From Antedon mediterranea (Eukaryota; Animalia; Echinodermata), in assembly GCF_964355755.1 (NCBI RefSeq), contig NC_092672.1, positions 6,696,001 through 6,760,000 of the forward strand: 64,000 bases of DNA, written 5' to 3'. The notes beneath the pieces are model-generated. The model saw only the letters and a program-made list of their open reading frames with translations, was not told the DNA's origin and did no database searches. Of the stretch, positions 14,378 through 26,777 are shown piece after piece. The translations under genes were made by a program, and so were the position numbers. The first letter of the stretch is position 1, and each line of letters begins with the position of its first letter.

Positions 14378-14696
14378 CACAGAGTAAAACCCTTATTAAG
14401 GGGACACCATTGAGCCCCATAGAGGAATTTCCCTTCATTTTTTCACCTTAATAGATGTCTCTCGAATAGGGGTGTCTCAAAATTTATATGAATAGGTTTT
14501 GTTTTAGTTCCAATTATAAACTTGTAAAATAGACGTTTTGATTAAACACCATGACTATCTCTTTAAGAAATGAGATGAGAAATTAATTTCAGTGGCTCAA
14601 CGAAGTTTCCTTACTATAAAATATTCCCATAATAGGGATGTTCATTTTAAAGGGTGTCATATGAACAGGGTGTTTCAAAGGCGGGTTTCTACTATA
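14378..14696. mobile_element. degenerate TA-type (Tc1/mariner-pogo-like) MITE; related remnants near 437-525 and 34638-34775
   Basis: agtaaaaccc...ggggacacc left arm and repeated ggggtgtc...gggtttctact right arms. Confidence 0.45.
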
Positions 14697-15080
14697 TAGG
14701 CATAATGTTGTCTGGTAAGGTTGAATTACAATTAGAAATGTATAGGTCTCTGTTTGGGTTGACATTATCTGGTTAAAAATGTGGTTACTAATTGGACCAG
14801 ACTTTAATTGGACAGTTAATTAGGAGAGATGCATTCAATTTCACCGAGATTATACATTGAATGAAGAGCGTCAAACGACATAGGCCTACGCATATCGTGT
14901 CGAACTTTTTGCAGTATATATACTGTATTATAGTATAACCTTACTTTTTGGACCCCGACCCCATTCATGGACACTCTATTCAGTAAGGGACAAGACAAAG
15001 TGTCTAAAGTAGCCTTACTGTAATTCTGAATTTCAGTGAACTCGTGATAATAAAGACCTGATATTGTTACTTTAATGTTA

Positions 15081-15172
15081 AGCTTGGTTCCTACGATGGA
15101 TGCAACGTAATTGGCCAAGCTGATCGACGTTGCGCTTGCGTCCTTGCGCTGCGTCCTAGTGAGAACCAAGCG
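15081..15172. mobile_element. MITE-A, internally deleted
   Basis: agcttggttcc...gagaaccaagcg flanked by TTA/TTA. Confidence 0.8.
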
Positions 15173-16365
15173 TTACTGATGTAGCCTAGCTGTGTATTAT
15201 AAGTGCATACATCAGCACGCGCGCATAATAAAGGCTGATACGCATGCGTAAACCTTTAAAAATCGTGTTGAGGAGCCATAACGTTTTTTAAACGTGCATT
15301 TTGGCGTGATATCTACTACAGCAGTGGAATGGAATGCTTCAAACGCAGCCTAGTCCATTTTTAATTACAATCAACCATTTAAAGTATGGAGGTATGAACC
15401 GTTTCAAATGCACAGAGACGAACTAGCTGTCGCTGAATACTCTCAAGCAATAAATTAATCATAGTCGGCCATTCCTTTGGAAAAAAAAATTGAGGCGGCG
15501 TGTCAGGATTACAAAACTGCATACTCAAACTGTAACTTATCAGCGCTCTAAAGCCATATTGAAAACGATAGACCTATTTAATGAATCGATATATTATCAG
15601 TTAAGTATAATAATATAAAAAATAATCAATATTTATAATCATTATTCATTAATATCATTATCATTCCGCGTTGACGACGCATTTCATAAAAAAAAAACTT
15701 ATTAGTATAGATGATTTTTTTTTCAACAATTATTGTTCAATGTTCAATACAGTACCAAAAGAAGCAGGTGCTTATTAGTTTAAAAAACAAACAAATTAAA
15801 ATAAAATATGTACATAATAATAACATGGTAAAATCACGGCCACGACCGTTGATTCCCCTTTACTACAGGTGTAGTACAGATATTAATTCAACAAAATCAC
15901 TTTTCCAAGTATTTCAAGGCTAATTATTACAAATTTAGTTTGTAATATTTCTTCGAGACAACGTGATCCCAAAAGGGTCTGCTGTATTCGATTTATATGA
16001 ACTATGTTGTTATATTAGACATACTCCTATCGTGTGTAAGTAATTTGGTTTTATCGCATACTAAGTAGTATTACTGTCACATTACGCTATTAATTCGACA
16101 AAATCACTTTTCTATAAACAATATAACCATGATTAAATTAAATTTTACACACATAATGTTTCTTTTCCACTGTGGTATAATTAGTTAATGGAGCAAAAAG
16201 ATTCGAGTCGTATGTTTCGTAATGGTGGGGATAACCTGCGACTTGCAGCCTACTGAGCTGAATTGCGCACAGGTGTGGACGACACATACTGTACTACAAC
16301 TTGCTACTCCCCTAACGGTCCCTTTATGTTGAGTGCTTCCATCAAACGGCGCCCGTTCGTCTGTT

Positions 16366-16570
16366 TACCACGACCGGGGTAACCCCTTACGCTTCCAATG
16401 TACTGGGTTCTTTTTTAAATGCACAGGAGCCAGATGTGTACATTGGACCTCTTCTTATCTGAGAAGACTTCTACTTCTACCACCAGAACAGTGGTCGAGG
16501 AGTGATTTGAACCTGTGCCGATTGTATAGTTATGGTTTGAGAGCCAGTGGCATGCGAGCCGATTGGCATG
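16366..16570 (-). mobile_element. degenerate copy of the Deu/Nin-type SINE
   Basis: shares accggggta, tgtact(g/a)ggttcttt, tgtgtaca(t/c)tggacct, agaagact, ttctaccaccagaac with 61811-62124. Confidence 0.75.
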
Positions 16571-17397
16571 CACCCTGTGTCGGATACCCGGTGTCATAAT
16601 AAATGTAATGCATTATCATAGTTGTTTCTGTTTTCAATAATAATCTGAAGATTCAGTGCTAAGTTATTATTTTGTATAATAATGCAAGCAAAATCCCGTC
16701 TTAATCCGGATAATATCTCCCAAAAGGATTAAACACTTCATAATATTATTAAAATGCGCTGTGGCTAAAGGTGTGTTTAACGCTCACATGCGTTCACATT
16801 ATCGCCCACCTTAATCTGTTTTTCTATCAAATTTGGCTAGAAAGATATGAACAATTGTTTTTGACTTTACAAAATATGGATTAGTTCTCTTAATGAAAGG
16901 TCAGTAATCTTTTACTTTTGCCTTTTCAAAATAACATGACGTCACTTAAATGGAAATCCATCTTACCGGGGTATCTTCAACTGTATAGTTTTTCTTTATC
17001 GATATAAGCGCTGAATTTAATGAAGTACGCAGATTAACTCCTAGATGAAAAACAGAATACGGGCATGCGCACAAACGTATTGAAATAATGTTATATATTA
17101 ATTGTAAAGTGAGGTTTGAAGTCTCCTAAAGAGGTTTCCATGTAGCCAGTAAGACGTACGTAAGAGATATTATCAATAGTTATCTATATGAAATTTAAGA
17201 TAATCTCTTAGGCTCTTTACTTGATGAAACGATTTTTTAGGTTCCGTAATTACTAACTAAAATAAAGCGGATCACATCGAAGAGTTCACTGTGGAAAACA
17301 GAGGCCTACATTATTCTAAACATCCGCGTTTTGGCCTGGTTTCTATCAGTCCATCAGTTGCATTTGAATTGAAAAATAAAGATCAATTACAAACGTA

Positions 17398-18030
17398 TTA
17401 ATAATAATAATAATAATATTTATTGGTTACTCTCCTTTAAAACGGAGGAACACTCTCATAACAAGAGGTTCAACCAATACAAAATGTTTACAAAAAAAAA
17501 AGTCATATAGTTATTACATATAGTTATAGTTATATATATATATACATGTACAAAAAGTTAAAAATGGTTCACAATAACATAAAATCAAGCAGCACAAATT
17601 CTACTGACTTATTAACAGTAAAAAAGAAAGAGAAAAGAAAAAAATAAAATCATATTAAGGGGTAGAAATGTTTTTCAATATTTCATTCCTATGTGACATA
17701 GCTTTAATTAAAAATGATTTACTATTATTGTCAAAAATGGAGCAAATTGATTTATCTTGGTACAAGTTATATATGTCGTCTAGTAATAAGTGATGCTTAA
17801 ATTCTGTTGAACCATTAATAAAAATGTCCCAATAATATTCATTAATTGTACATAAGTCACTTTTCAATTCATTAAAACAAGTATTTCTTATGGAGGATAA
17901 ACTTACACAATAAACAAGAAATGATCAATTGTTTCTATTGAATTACTTTTGCAAATGAGACAATGGCCTGAGAAGGAATCTGACCATAATCGCTTTCTGC
18001 CTTCTAAGTCTAAGTTATTGGTTCGATCGT
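17398..18030 (-). mobile_element. 3' remnant of a non-LTR retrotransposon (ORF2 C-terminal CCHC region plus tail)
   Basis: minus strand RTNNLDLEGRKRLWSDSFSGHCLICKSNSIETIDHFL/(frameshift)YCVSLSSIRNTCFNEL, then AATAAA and (ATT)n tail. Confidence 0.72.
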
Positions 18031-19470
18031 TTGTATTCGACGGAGCCATACATTGGTTTGGTTAATTAATTAAAGGATCGGTAGGCCTACAACTGCATGG
18101 CTTAAATTCAACAACAAACATTTTATTTCATCAAATGCCATACAAATAATACAGATGGGGACCAACCTAGAAGTAAACTTGTCTCAGTTAACATGGTTTA
18201 GCTAGGATGTGGACCAATTCTCCTCGCTAGCATGCACACACCAAAACCCGCTTTGTACCAAACAAATACATAGAATTGCCGTAGTAGTTTGTGGTAGTTA
18301 AACTAGGTCATGTAGGCAAAAGTGATCAATGCCAGGCAGAGCAGAATAGATATAGTCCAAGCCGGTGTTGAACATTTTAATGCCATATTGGCTGTTTCAT
18401 GAGTGCCTCAATCTTCAGGCGCTAAATTTAACCTGAATGTACGTCTGATGTAATGCTAATTCGTATGTTTTTGGGTGCATCTCAACTTGGGTTGATGTTC
18501 ATAATATTTGAATATAAGTACCATATTGTACATGGTCTGGTATGCGTTTGAAAACAAAATGTGTTAAAGTTTCTAAACTAAACTTAAAACTACGATTTCA
18601 ACTGAGATATATTACATTCCAAATTTCTTCTTATTAGTTAAATGAAATTGAAAATACTATCCACTACTAAACAGTTTCAATTCGAAATGATCATTACAAG
18701 TAAATTGAAGAGTAAGACGTGTTTTCGATCGTTTCACGTTCAAAAGTAATTCCATACAATTCTTTAAATACCTGTTCCACATGTCTTTCATTTTCAAATT
18801 TGTAAACGTGTTCACTCAATTATAATTTGATTTATACCAATTTAATGTGTCTTTGATATAATGTGCAAGTTAAGCGAGTAAGCATTATGTAACGCTGTGC
18901 AGTGAATAAATGGTTGCAAAACAAGCAATAAATAATCGAATACTATTTGTCTGATCTGATCTCAGCATCGATTTGACAAGCTTACGATTATCAATACATT
19001 TCACATGTTTAAAAATTAACATGTTTAAAAATTGCACAAAAAGCAAGATTCATAAATACAATATTTTTGCAATATTTGTATATAGGCCTAACTGTGATGT
19101 TGGCTTAATCAAAATATATGAATTAAAATAAATGATTTTTTTTCAGAAATTTAAAATGAATAAGATGCATTGTTGTCTAAGTTTGTATTAACTAAAATCA
19201 CAGCTTATAACAGATCGTTTAGTAATTTTGAAAAGAAATTAGAAATTTAAAATGTATTGCAAAGATTAATGTATTTATAAAATGATTTACTAACTTGGAC
19301 ATTTCTGTCTTAGTTGTTAAAGATGTTGGAGTAGAGCTACGTCCTGATTTCCATATTATTGTAAATTATAGCATGATGTCGAAATGCTGCAAAAGAAAAA
19401 TCATAACATGATATAGATGTTAAACAATTAAAATCTCTTGTGACTTTAAATTTGTGATCTGTATTCTAGT

Positions 19471-20095
19471 TTACCTCCACCATTATGTAGTCGATCGCGT
19501 GTGTCTGTCTGTTAGTTAGCAGGATTACTCAAACAGATAGATATGTGGTAAAGGACCACTACATTACATTTTGGTGGAAGCAATCCGGACCAGGGTTCCA
19601 ATTCTGGACCACTTTTTAGTATTATTTTCAGACCTGCTAGTGTTAAAAGATAGGAGACAATTTCCAAAAGTCTTAAAGTAATAAGGAAACTGAAATTGCA
19701 TTTTCTCGAGAACTATTAGAGGCAAGGCAAGAGTTATAATTTGTGATTTGTAATTTCAAAACATAATTCGATTTACAAGTATAGTATAAAAAAAAAGACA
19801 GGTTTTTTTATACGAGTAATTAAAAAAAGACCTATTTCTTTTCAAATCAAACCGTTTGTTTTTGGGCATTGCTGTTCATTGTTAGTCAACTAAAACTATT
19901 GTTAGTTGAAAGGCTGGTTACATAACCATTACACCAAATTCGCATACACATGGTTGTAGTGAAATTATCACACACAGCATTAAAACACAACAATAACAAA
20001 TAAATATAGGGCCTATATATTTTTTCCGGTGAAATCTTATGTAGGTAATGTTACAGTAGGCGGAGGTATGCACTCTCGGAGTGCCGTTCTAGTTT
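19471..20095 (+). mobile_element. Helentron/Helitron2-associated non-autonomous element (HINE/DINE-1-like architecture)
   Basis: 5' subTIR tacctccacc, gtctgtctgt microsatellite, 3' subTIR ggcggaggta, then hairpin GCACTC-tcg-GAGTGC and ttctagttt end; T-rich flanks. Confidence 0.72.
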
Positions 20096-20606
20096 GAAAT
20101 GCATTGTATAATGTCATTACGTTTTTTCTGTTCAGATACGTTTTTGTCATGTGGTGTACGATAACGAATAATTACGATAACGAAAAATTACGACAACTAA
20201 GAAACCATCAAAATATATTGACACGAGTTTTAGAAAGATTATACTGTAGCTTAGTATCAGTATCGGTACTGTATCACAACTGAATCATATGCCTAACCTA
20301 ACCCTAATCTTAACATACTTTATACATGTGACTAAAATATTTCTATGAAACTGGACAAATATGAGGCCTATATATGTCCGACTTCTGTCGTAAACGACAA
20401 TGTCAATTAGTCTTACATTCATCTGAATGATGACTAAGTAAAGACTGTTTAAAGCACCTTTGGCTGGACGTCCCAACATTGACCAAGGGCTTTTCTCGTC
20501 CAGTGCCCACCTTAACCAATACGTATGTGGCAGATACTAGATATAGGGGCTGCCATAAGAGTCGGCAGTGCTGATTTCAAATGCCTAATGGGACCCCAGC
20601 TCCATA

Positions 20607-20713
20607 TACAGCACCCGGTATTCCCAGATGGTCTCCCATCCAGGCATTAGTTGGGCCCAACGTTGCTTAACTTCGGTGATCTGACAAGAACCGGTGATTC
20701 AACGTGGTACGCC
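20607..20713 (-). pseudogene. 5S rRNA-derived copy (pseudogene or SINE3 head)
   Basis: reverse complement reads ...CCACGTTGAATCACCGGTTCTTGTCAGATCACCGAAGTTAAGCAACGTTGGGCCC...GGATGGGAGACCATCTGGGAATACCGGGTGCTGTA, the metazoan 5S sequence; 5' end degraded, no poly-T terminator. Confidence 0.9.
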
Positions 20714-20779
20714 TGGACAAATAAAGTCACGTGAAATCGGTTTTAGATATTCCTTAACAATTTAACTTCTATCTTACAG

Positions 20780-20849
20780 GTTCCAGGAAAAAAATCTAAT
20801 TGTGATTCTGATGTAAATTGCACTGAAGGTTCAGCAGGAGCCGGGAACG
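20780..20849 (+). CDS. P2RX: P2X exon 4 (head-domain cysteines)
   Basis: cttacag acceptor, G|gtaag donor; 70 nt; VPGKKSNCDSDVNCTEGSAGAGN(G), CxxDxxCxxG...NG. Confidence 0.93.
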
Positions 20850-21036
20850 GTAAGATGATAGTTTTTGCCTTTTGTGAATTTGATTACATTTAATTTTCAG
20901 TTTTACAGGTAAAATCAGTTTTCAAAACATCATAACAACCTTTTAGATAAAACAGTTAATCTTTAGCTTTTTTGTTAGCCTTATTTACTTTATACGCATA
21001 CTACAATTTCCAAAACACTGTTGGTTTTTATTGTAG

Positions 21037-21136
21037 GTGATTTTACCGGAAAATGTGTAGTGTATGATAATAGAACAAATGAAACAACGTGCGAAGTATA
21101 TTCGTGGTGTCCTGTAGAAGACGACAGCCTACCAAG
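21037..21136 (+). CDS. P2RX: P2X exon 5
   Basis: ttgtag acceptor, AG|gttag donor; 100 nt; (G)DFTGKCVVYDNRTNETTCEVYSWCPVEDDSLP(R); TGxC...TCExxxWCPVE signature. Confidence 0.97.
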
Positions 21137-21360
21137 GTTAGAATAAAGAAAATAATTGAAATTTACTAATTATCCATTGCAAAGTTTACTTCCAATATCA
21201 AACAAAGTAGCAAAACTTGTCTGACACTTTGGACGCTGCAATCACGTGACGGTCACGAGTTCACCATACCAGTTTGTCAGGAAGGCGCACGGCTTCTACA
21301 AACTTATTAAACAATTATAATATTTTCATAAAGTTTACTATGATACTGTTTTTACTATAG

Positions 21361-21447
21361 GACAAATAACCCCGTTATACCTGAAGCAGAATTTTTTACG
21401 GTGTTAATACGTAATAGTATCGCTTTTCCAAGATTCAATTTTAACAA
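21361..21447 (+). CDS. P2RX: P2X exon 6
   Basis: tttactatag acceptor, gtaagt donor; 87 nt; TNNPVIPEAEFFTVLIRNSIAFPRFNFN(K), variant of AENFTxxIKNxIxFPxF. Confidence 0.95.
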
Positions 21448-22102
21448 GTAAGTATGTGTGTGATGGCGCTAGTTAATCTTCGTCATGCATGACTACATTT
21501 TAAGAATAATTACGTAATGCATAACGGTATTCAATAAAACATGAACGGTGATTCCCATTAGTTCAGTGCTGATATTGGTGGATCAGTAGCAGGTTATCGT
21601 ATGAATAAGTTAAACTTTGTCCTAATTTTACTATAATGGTGAACAGCATATATTTTATGTACACAGCGTAATGGTCAGTGTCATGGTACAGAGATTATTA
21701 TATTAGTTGTGACATTAATTTGAAGCTATTTTATTTCGCCGTACAGTATTGTTAAAAATTAATGTGGGTGTTTTTAACAATAAATACTGTTTACAATATA
21801 TGTAAATGACAAAATATTCTTACTGGAGAGTTCAGATTCAATTGACATTTTAAGTGCTATTATTGAATTGAAGTCGACAAATGATCACTGACGAAGAAAC
21901 CTTTGCAACTAAAACGTTATGTTTAAGCGAATTGAAGCAATCATTTTACGTCATTATATTCTTCCGTTTAAATGAAATTCAATTCGCAACGCACATGATT
22001 GAACCAATTACAAGCGATTAACCATCGCTTGTGATTGGTCAAATTATTAGAATGAAGTGAAGTAGCAGCTAAAAAAACTTAATAAAAAAATTTTTTTTAT
22101 AG

Positions 22103-22229
22103 GAGAAATATTTTAGAAGAAAGATTTAATTGTAGATATGATCCAGTGAAAGATAGATTTTGTCCAATATTTGAAATTGGCACAATACTTAATATAACAG
22201 GACATTCTTTTAGTTCTGTCGCCCAAGAG
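22103..22229 (+). CDS. P2RX: P2X exon 7
   Basis: ttttatag acceptor, GAG|gtaag donor; 127 nt; RNILEERFNCRYDPVKDRFCPIFEIGTILNITGHSFSSVAQE (RNI, CxY...CPIF). Confidence 0.96.
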
Positions 22230-22244
22230 GTAAGAACCTATTTT

Positions 22245-22350
22245 GACCATATTTAGGCATACCACTTCCACATTTAGGCATAGATCACTACCATAATGGG
22301 CACATCACATTTTTTTTGTCAAACTAGTTTGGTAGTGTACACAGTTCTTA
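22245..22350. mobile_element. MITE-B fragment just after P2X exon 7 donor (weaker remnants near 13990-14090 and 21220-21305)
   Basis: cactaccataatgggcacatcacatttttttgtcaaactagtttggtagtgta matches MITE-B interior and right end. Confidence 0.7.
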
Positions 22351-23656
22351 ACATTACAACTTTAAGAAGATATTTTAAAAGAAACAAATTGTTATTCCGA
22401 ATACACTTAAAATAACCGAGCTACAGAGTACAAAATCCGAGACGGAACAAGCTTTACATTTTTAGTATATGAGTTTCAGCAGGTCCGCTTATTCAGAACA
22501 GCCGTTTATGGTACGATATGATTTCGACAAGCCTGCCCTATTGTATATCTCACCGCGAAAGAAAGCTCCATATAATTTATGCCATAATTAATCTCATGAA
22601 TCATTCATGATTTCTGCTCGAGATTCAGAAGTCGAGTAAAACCAATTTCGTGCGCGGGAAAAAGTGCAGACGACACAGTTTTAATATCGCTAGACATGAT
22701 ACGGGTGGAGAGTTTACAAAAAAAAAATCGAATGTGTGCATTTGTGACATTTTCATTTGTATTGTCCAATTGAATATAACATTTTTAGATATTTCTTTCA
22801 TTTTAAATATTAACAAAAATGATTTGATTTGAAAGAAATAAATGTTAATCTTAAATGAAGAACTTATTGTTACATTAGTGCTTTTTCGGCTGCTAAGCGT
22901 ATTTTTGAAATATACCATTCGCTAGATTTTCAGAATGATGTATTACTGACAAAATGTCAAAATGTTTGACAGCAATATATTTAGGATTCGTCATTATAAG
23001 CTAGTTAAATCAACTGAATTGGTAAATAGTATAATACACAAATGCAGATTCGTCATTACAACTGGTCAATCATGATTAAACTACTATTACATCTAACACG
23101 ATAGCAACGTTAGCCTTAAAGTTGGTTATATTACCTTAGGGACATTGTATAAGACAGTATATAATATGCCCTACATATCGCAGTCGATCAATTTCCAATC
23201 GCATTGCCAGCTCGGCTAATACAGTTTATGTCTAAAATACTTACCAAAACGACGGATTACATAGCCTTATACATACTAGATTACAATCCATGATTAATAG
23301 CTATTCAATGTAGGCTAAAAGATGATCGTAGGTTATAACATTTTATAATCAAGTTAGCCACCTACTTCGAGATACCATGATCTCTGACAACATTGATTGA
23401 ACATAATATGTTTTACCAAAAATACGGGTACCAATAATAATAAAAAAGAAACAAGTGACGGTAAGTTTTTCGGTACACCGTACAATAAGTCCTAAATTGA
23501 TCTGTACTACAAATTGTACATTACTAAACAAAACGGGGTTTTTAAAGAAAAAATTCGAACAAATTAAAAAACGAAAATAAAAATCGAATTATTAATATTG
23601 GTTGCGGCGATTGTCCTAGATGTTCTATTCACTTGTTTTCGTATGACTAGGTCTAA

Positions 23657-23835
23657 AGCTTGGTTCCCACTAGAACGTAACGCAAGGACAAAAACGCAAC
23701 GCAAGCGTTTTAATCAATGACAAGCGAAGTTATAGACAGTTAGCAATCACAAGCGAATAAGCCATCGCTTGTGATTGGTCAATTCATTTGCGTTGCGTTA
23801 CGTCCTTGCGTTGCGTCACTAGTGGGAACCACGCT
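23657..23835. mobile_element. MITE-A, full length (179 bp)
   Basis: AGCTTGGTTCCCACTAG...CTAGTGGGAACCACGCT; near-identical reverse complement of 9820-9999. Confidence 0.9.
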
Positions 23836-23936
23836 TACATGTATAAGTTCATACTGTACAATAATATTACTAGTTTTCCCTGCATATATTACTGCCATGC
23901 ATTTGTATTACCTTGTTGTATATTTTTTCTCCACAG

Positions 23937-24064
23937 GGAGCCATAGTTATTGTAGATATCCAATGGAATTGTAATTTGGATCAGTCACATGATAAATGTT
24001 TACCTTATTATCGTTTCACAAGGTCCGATTGGGACGGTAAAGATTCTAATGGATTTAATTTTCG
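23937..24064 (+). CDS. P2RX: P2X exon 8
   Basis: ttctccacag acceptor, CG|gtaagt donor; 128 nt; GAIVIVDIQWNCNLDQSHDKCLPYYRFTRSDWDGKDSNGFNF(R); WxCNLD...CxPxYxF and GxNFR. Confidence 0.97.
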
Positions 24065-24471
24065 GTAAGTAATTTGGACCAATCACGTCAAATTTTCACC
24101 AATAATATCCAATACCTACGAGTAGGGTGGATTTTTGATGGCGGTATAACATTAATATTCGTTAAAGTTACGAGTGAGTGACTCAGCATATACGGAGTTG
24201 GTGAGATCTGTCCATAATGGGGGCATAATTTGTCAATTATAGGGGTTTTATTTCTTTCCAAAATATGTTTGAGGGTGACGTTGTCCGCAATCAGCATATA
24301 AAGCACATAAATAATTATATTAATAATTAAACTAATAAACAATTTTATTATAATAAATTATACAGTCGTAAATTCGTTGACACTAAGATGAAATATGTAT
24401 ATTTAATTCATGAAAATATATATTAAGATAATAAATATATGTCACACAATAGATGTTGTTTTCTGTTACAG

Positions 24472-24628
24472 ATGGTCCTATTATTACAAGGTGGACGGTA
24501 AATTATACAGAACCTTGACCAAAGCATTCGGTATTCTATTCAAAATAAAGATCAGCGGACAAGCGGGCAAGTTTTCCGTTGTACCACTGATGTTGAACAT
24601 AGGATCCGGGCTAGCTCTTCTATCACTT
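24472..24628 (+). CDS. P2RX: P2X exon covering vertebrate exons 9+10 (ATP-binding Lys, start of TM2)
   Basis: ctgttacag acceptor, gtaagt donor; 157 nt; WSYYYKVDGKLYRTLTKAFGILFKIKISGQAGKFSVVPLMLNIGSGLALLSL (RTLxKxxGI, GxAGKF, GSG). Confidence 0.97.
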
Positions 24629-26663
24629 GTAAGTATAAGAATTTCCAATATTGAAAGTCTGTCGAGCTCTGTAACTGAGTTGCACAGTTTTTCTCATCGC
24701 GTAATGTAGTTGAATATGCATGCGCACAAACCAAGGTTTTCCGCGTGAATAAATTCACCAACTGGAAACAGTATTTAAAAAAAAGTAGACTAAAGGTTAG
24801 GACATCGATCGCAGACAACCTGGGATTTCAATTTCCAATCGGTTTTGAAATTCCGTCATCGTTATATCGTTACATATCGTGATAAAAACGTAAAAAGGAT
24901 GCATTTCTTCAATGTTATACAGTCATCATCATGGAATATCAATGGTATAATTAACATAATTACGGAAGGATATAATTAGGTTTAAAAAATGATATAAATT
25001 ATTGCCATGAATAAAAATAATTTTCCTAATTAAATTGTATTATTTGTACCAAGTGAGCTCAGTCTTCCCTTATTTACTCTTTATTTTTGTTAGATGAATG
25101 GGAGTATTTCGTACAATAAACTAACAAAGAAAGTTACCGTTAGAAAATGTTACACTTGTAGGCCTATAGTACAGCATTTAGTTTAAGAGATCATGTGACC
25201 CAGCAGACGACACGATTAACGGAAGAGTAAGCATAATTCAACTTAGAGCATCCCAAGGTTCCTTTTTTATGTTTTCCTTTTACGTGCATGTTGCAACGAT
25301 GATTTGCCATTCATATTAAATAACTTTACAACCAATACTTGTTTCCTCGTATTTGTTTATCGGGCTCACATGTGTCAAAAATTCAACTTAGAACACATGT
25401 TATGCTACTTTAAAGTAAAAGTACAACGGCCACATAAATCGTCTGTACTTTAAGTTAAAGAGACTCCAGTATTTTGGACTAAAGACATAAGTAAACTTAC
25501 GTACTTTGGCGTAGACCATCTGAAATAGATAACCTACCATGGGCAAGTGCAAATTCATACAATCGGAAAACCATTAGGCATATTTACATAAGTGGTGGAA
25601 CAAGAGACGCCAATTACGTCGTTTGATAAAGTTTCGAAAACTTTAATAAAAAAAAAAGAATCTGCGAACAATCGTCTGATTTTCCAAAATTGAATTTTGC
25701 TATTTTCTTTTCATTACATTCGTTGTACTCTACTTCGTCGTTATGTTTTTTTAAAACTTCATAGATATAACCCATTTGAAATCTAACCAGGAAAGATAGA
25801 CATTAGTAATCGCACTCCTCCACTGATCTAACTTCCTCTTCTGAATGGTAATCCTAGCACGTAACGCTATGTTTAACTATTAAAATTATTTGAAACCGAA
25901 CACAGTGAAAATGTATAAATGGTTTGACATTTAAAAACTAAATGTCTCTTATTTCAAATGTCACCGATGCTATACATTTATTCAAGAATATAAGGAAAGA
26001 ATAACGGAAAAACTTAAGAAGTTAATTGTGTGCGACTCAAAATATAACAAAACGACAGACTGATAGAAGCGAAGATTTCAGTTACATTTATCTTTAATCA
26101 ATTATTAATAGGGAAAGTTTATTGTATAATACTTTTAAAATTACAATATACATTTCTTTGTTTGGTAAAAGATACGACGTATAAAGTGGGCCGAGGCGTG
26201 GAAAGAAATTTAGAAAATAAAAGATTCCATTGTTTTATCGAGTAAAATCCGTCAAATAAATTAAACTTCTTGTTGGTATTTCGAATTCAGAAATCAAGAA
26301 AATTGTTCCAAATTCTATTAGTATATAACATTGTTTTTCTGCCGTTTTAGTTAGAAAACTGATATTAAATTATAAATTATATCAACTATTGTATTGTTTT
26401 TAATACTATAGGCCCAACAGACACATTAGTATTTATGGTTGTTAAAAGTTTGTGTTTTGACATATTTTATGGTGTGTGTGTGATATCACTGTGTAATAAT
26501 GTACAAAATAAAGAATAAATAATTATTATTTTTAAACCTCACTTTTACTTGTGGTGAAAGCACAATGGTTTGATTAGTTTATGATTTCACCTAATATAGG
26601 GCCTATGGCTGATATTATGTCATTGCTGCACAGTTCGTCTAAATTGTCTTTCGTTTTACCTAG

Positions 26664-26777
26664 GCTACGGTAATGTGTGATGTCGTTGTGTTATATGTAC
26701 TCAAGAAACGGCATCTTTACAAAGAGGTCAAGTATCAGAATGTAGCTTCTAACGAGGAAGAGTGTCAAGAAATTGAG
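26664..26777 (+). CDS. P2RX: P2X exon equivalent to vertebrate exon 11 (end of TM2, YxxxK motif)
   Basis: ttttacctag acceptor, GAG|gtaggt donor; 114 nt; ATVMCDVVVLYVLKKRHLYKEVKYQNVASNEEECQEIE with TM2 Asp and YKEVK. Confidence 0.95.

Noticed and set aside
14816-15169. Longest ORF in the track (117 aa)
   Set aside because: Begins inside a MITE-A copy, antisense in a P2X intron, no recognisable domain
20136-20171. Strong acceptor followed by IRFCHVVYDNE*, sharing VVYDN with exon 5
   Set aside because: Five-residue match only, immediate stop, no donor; likely chance
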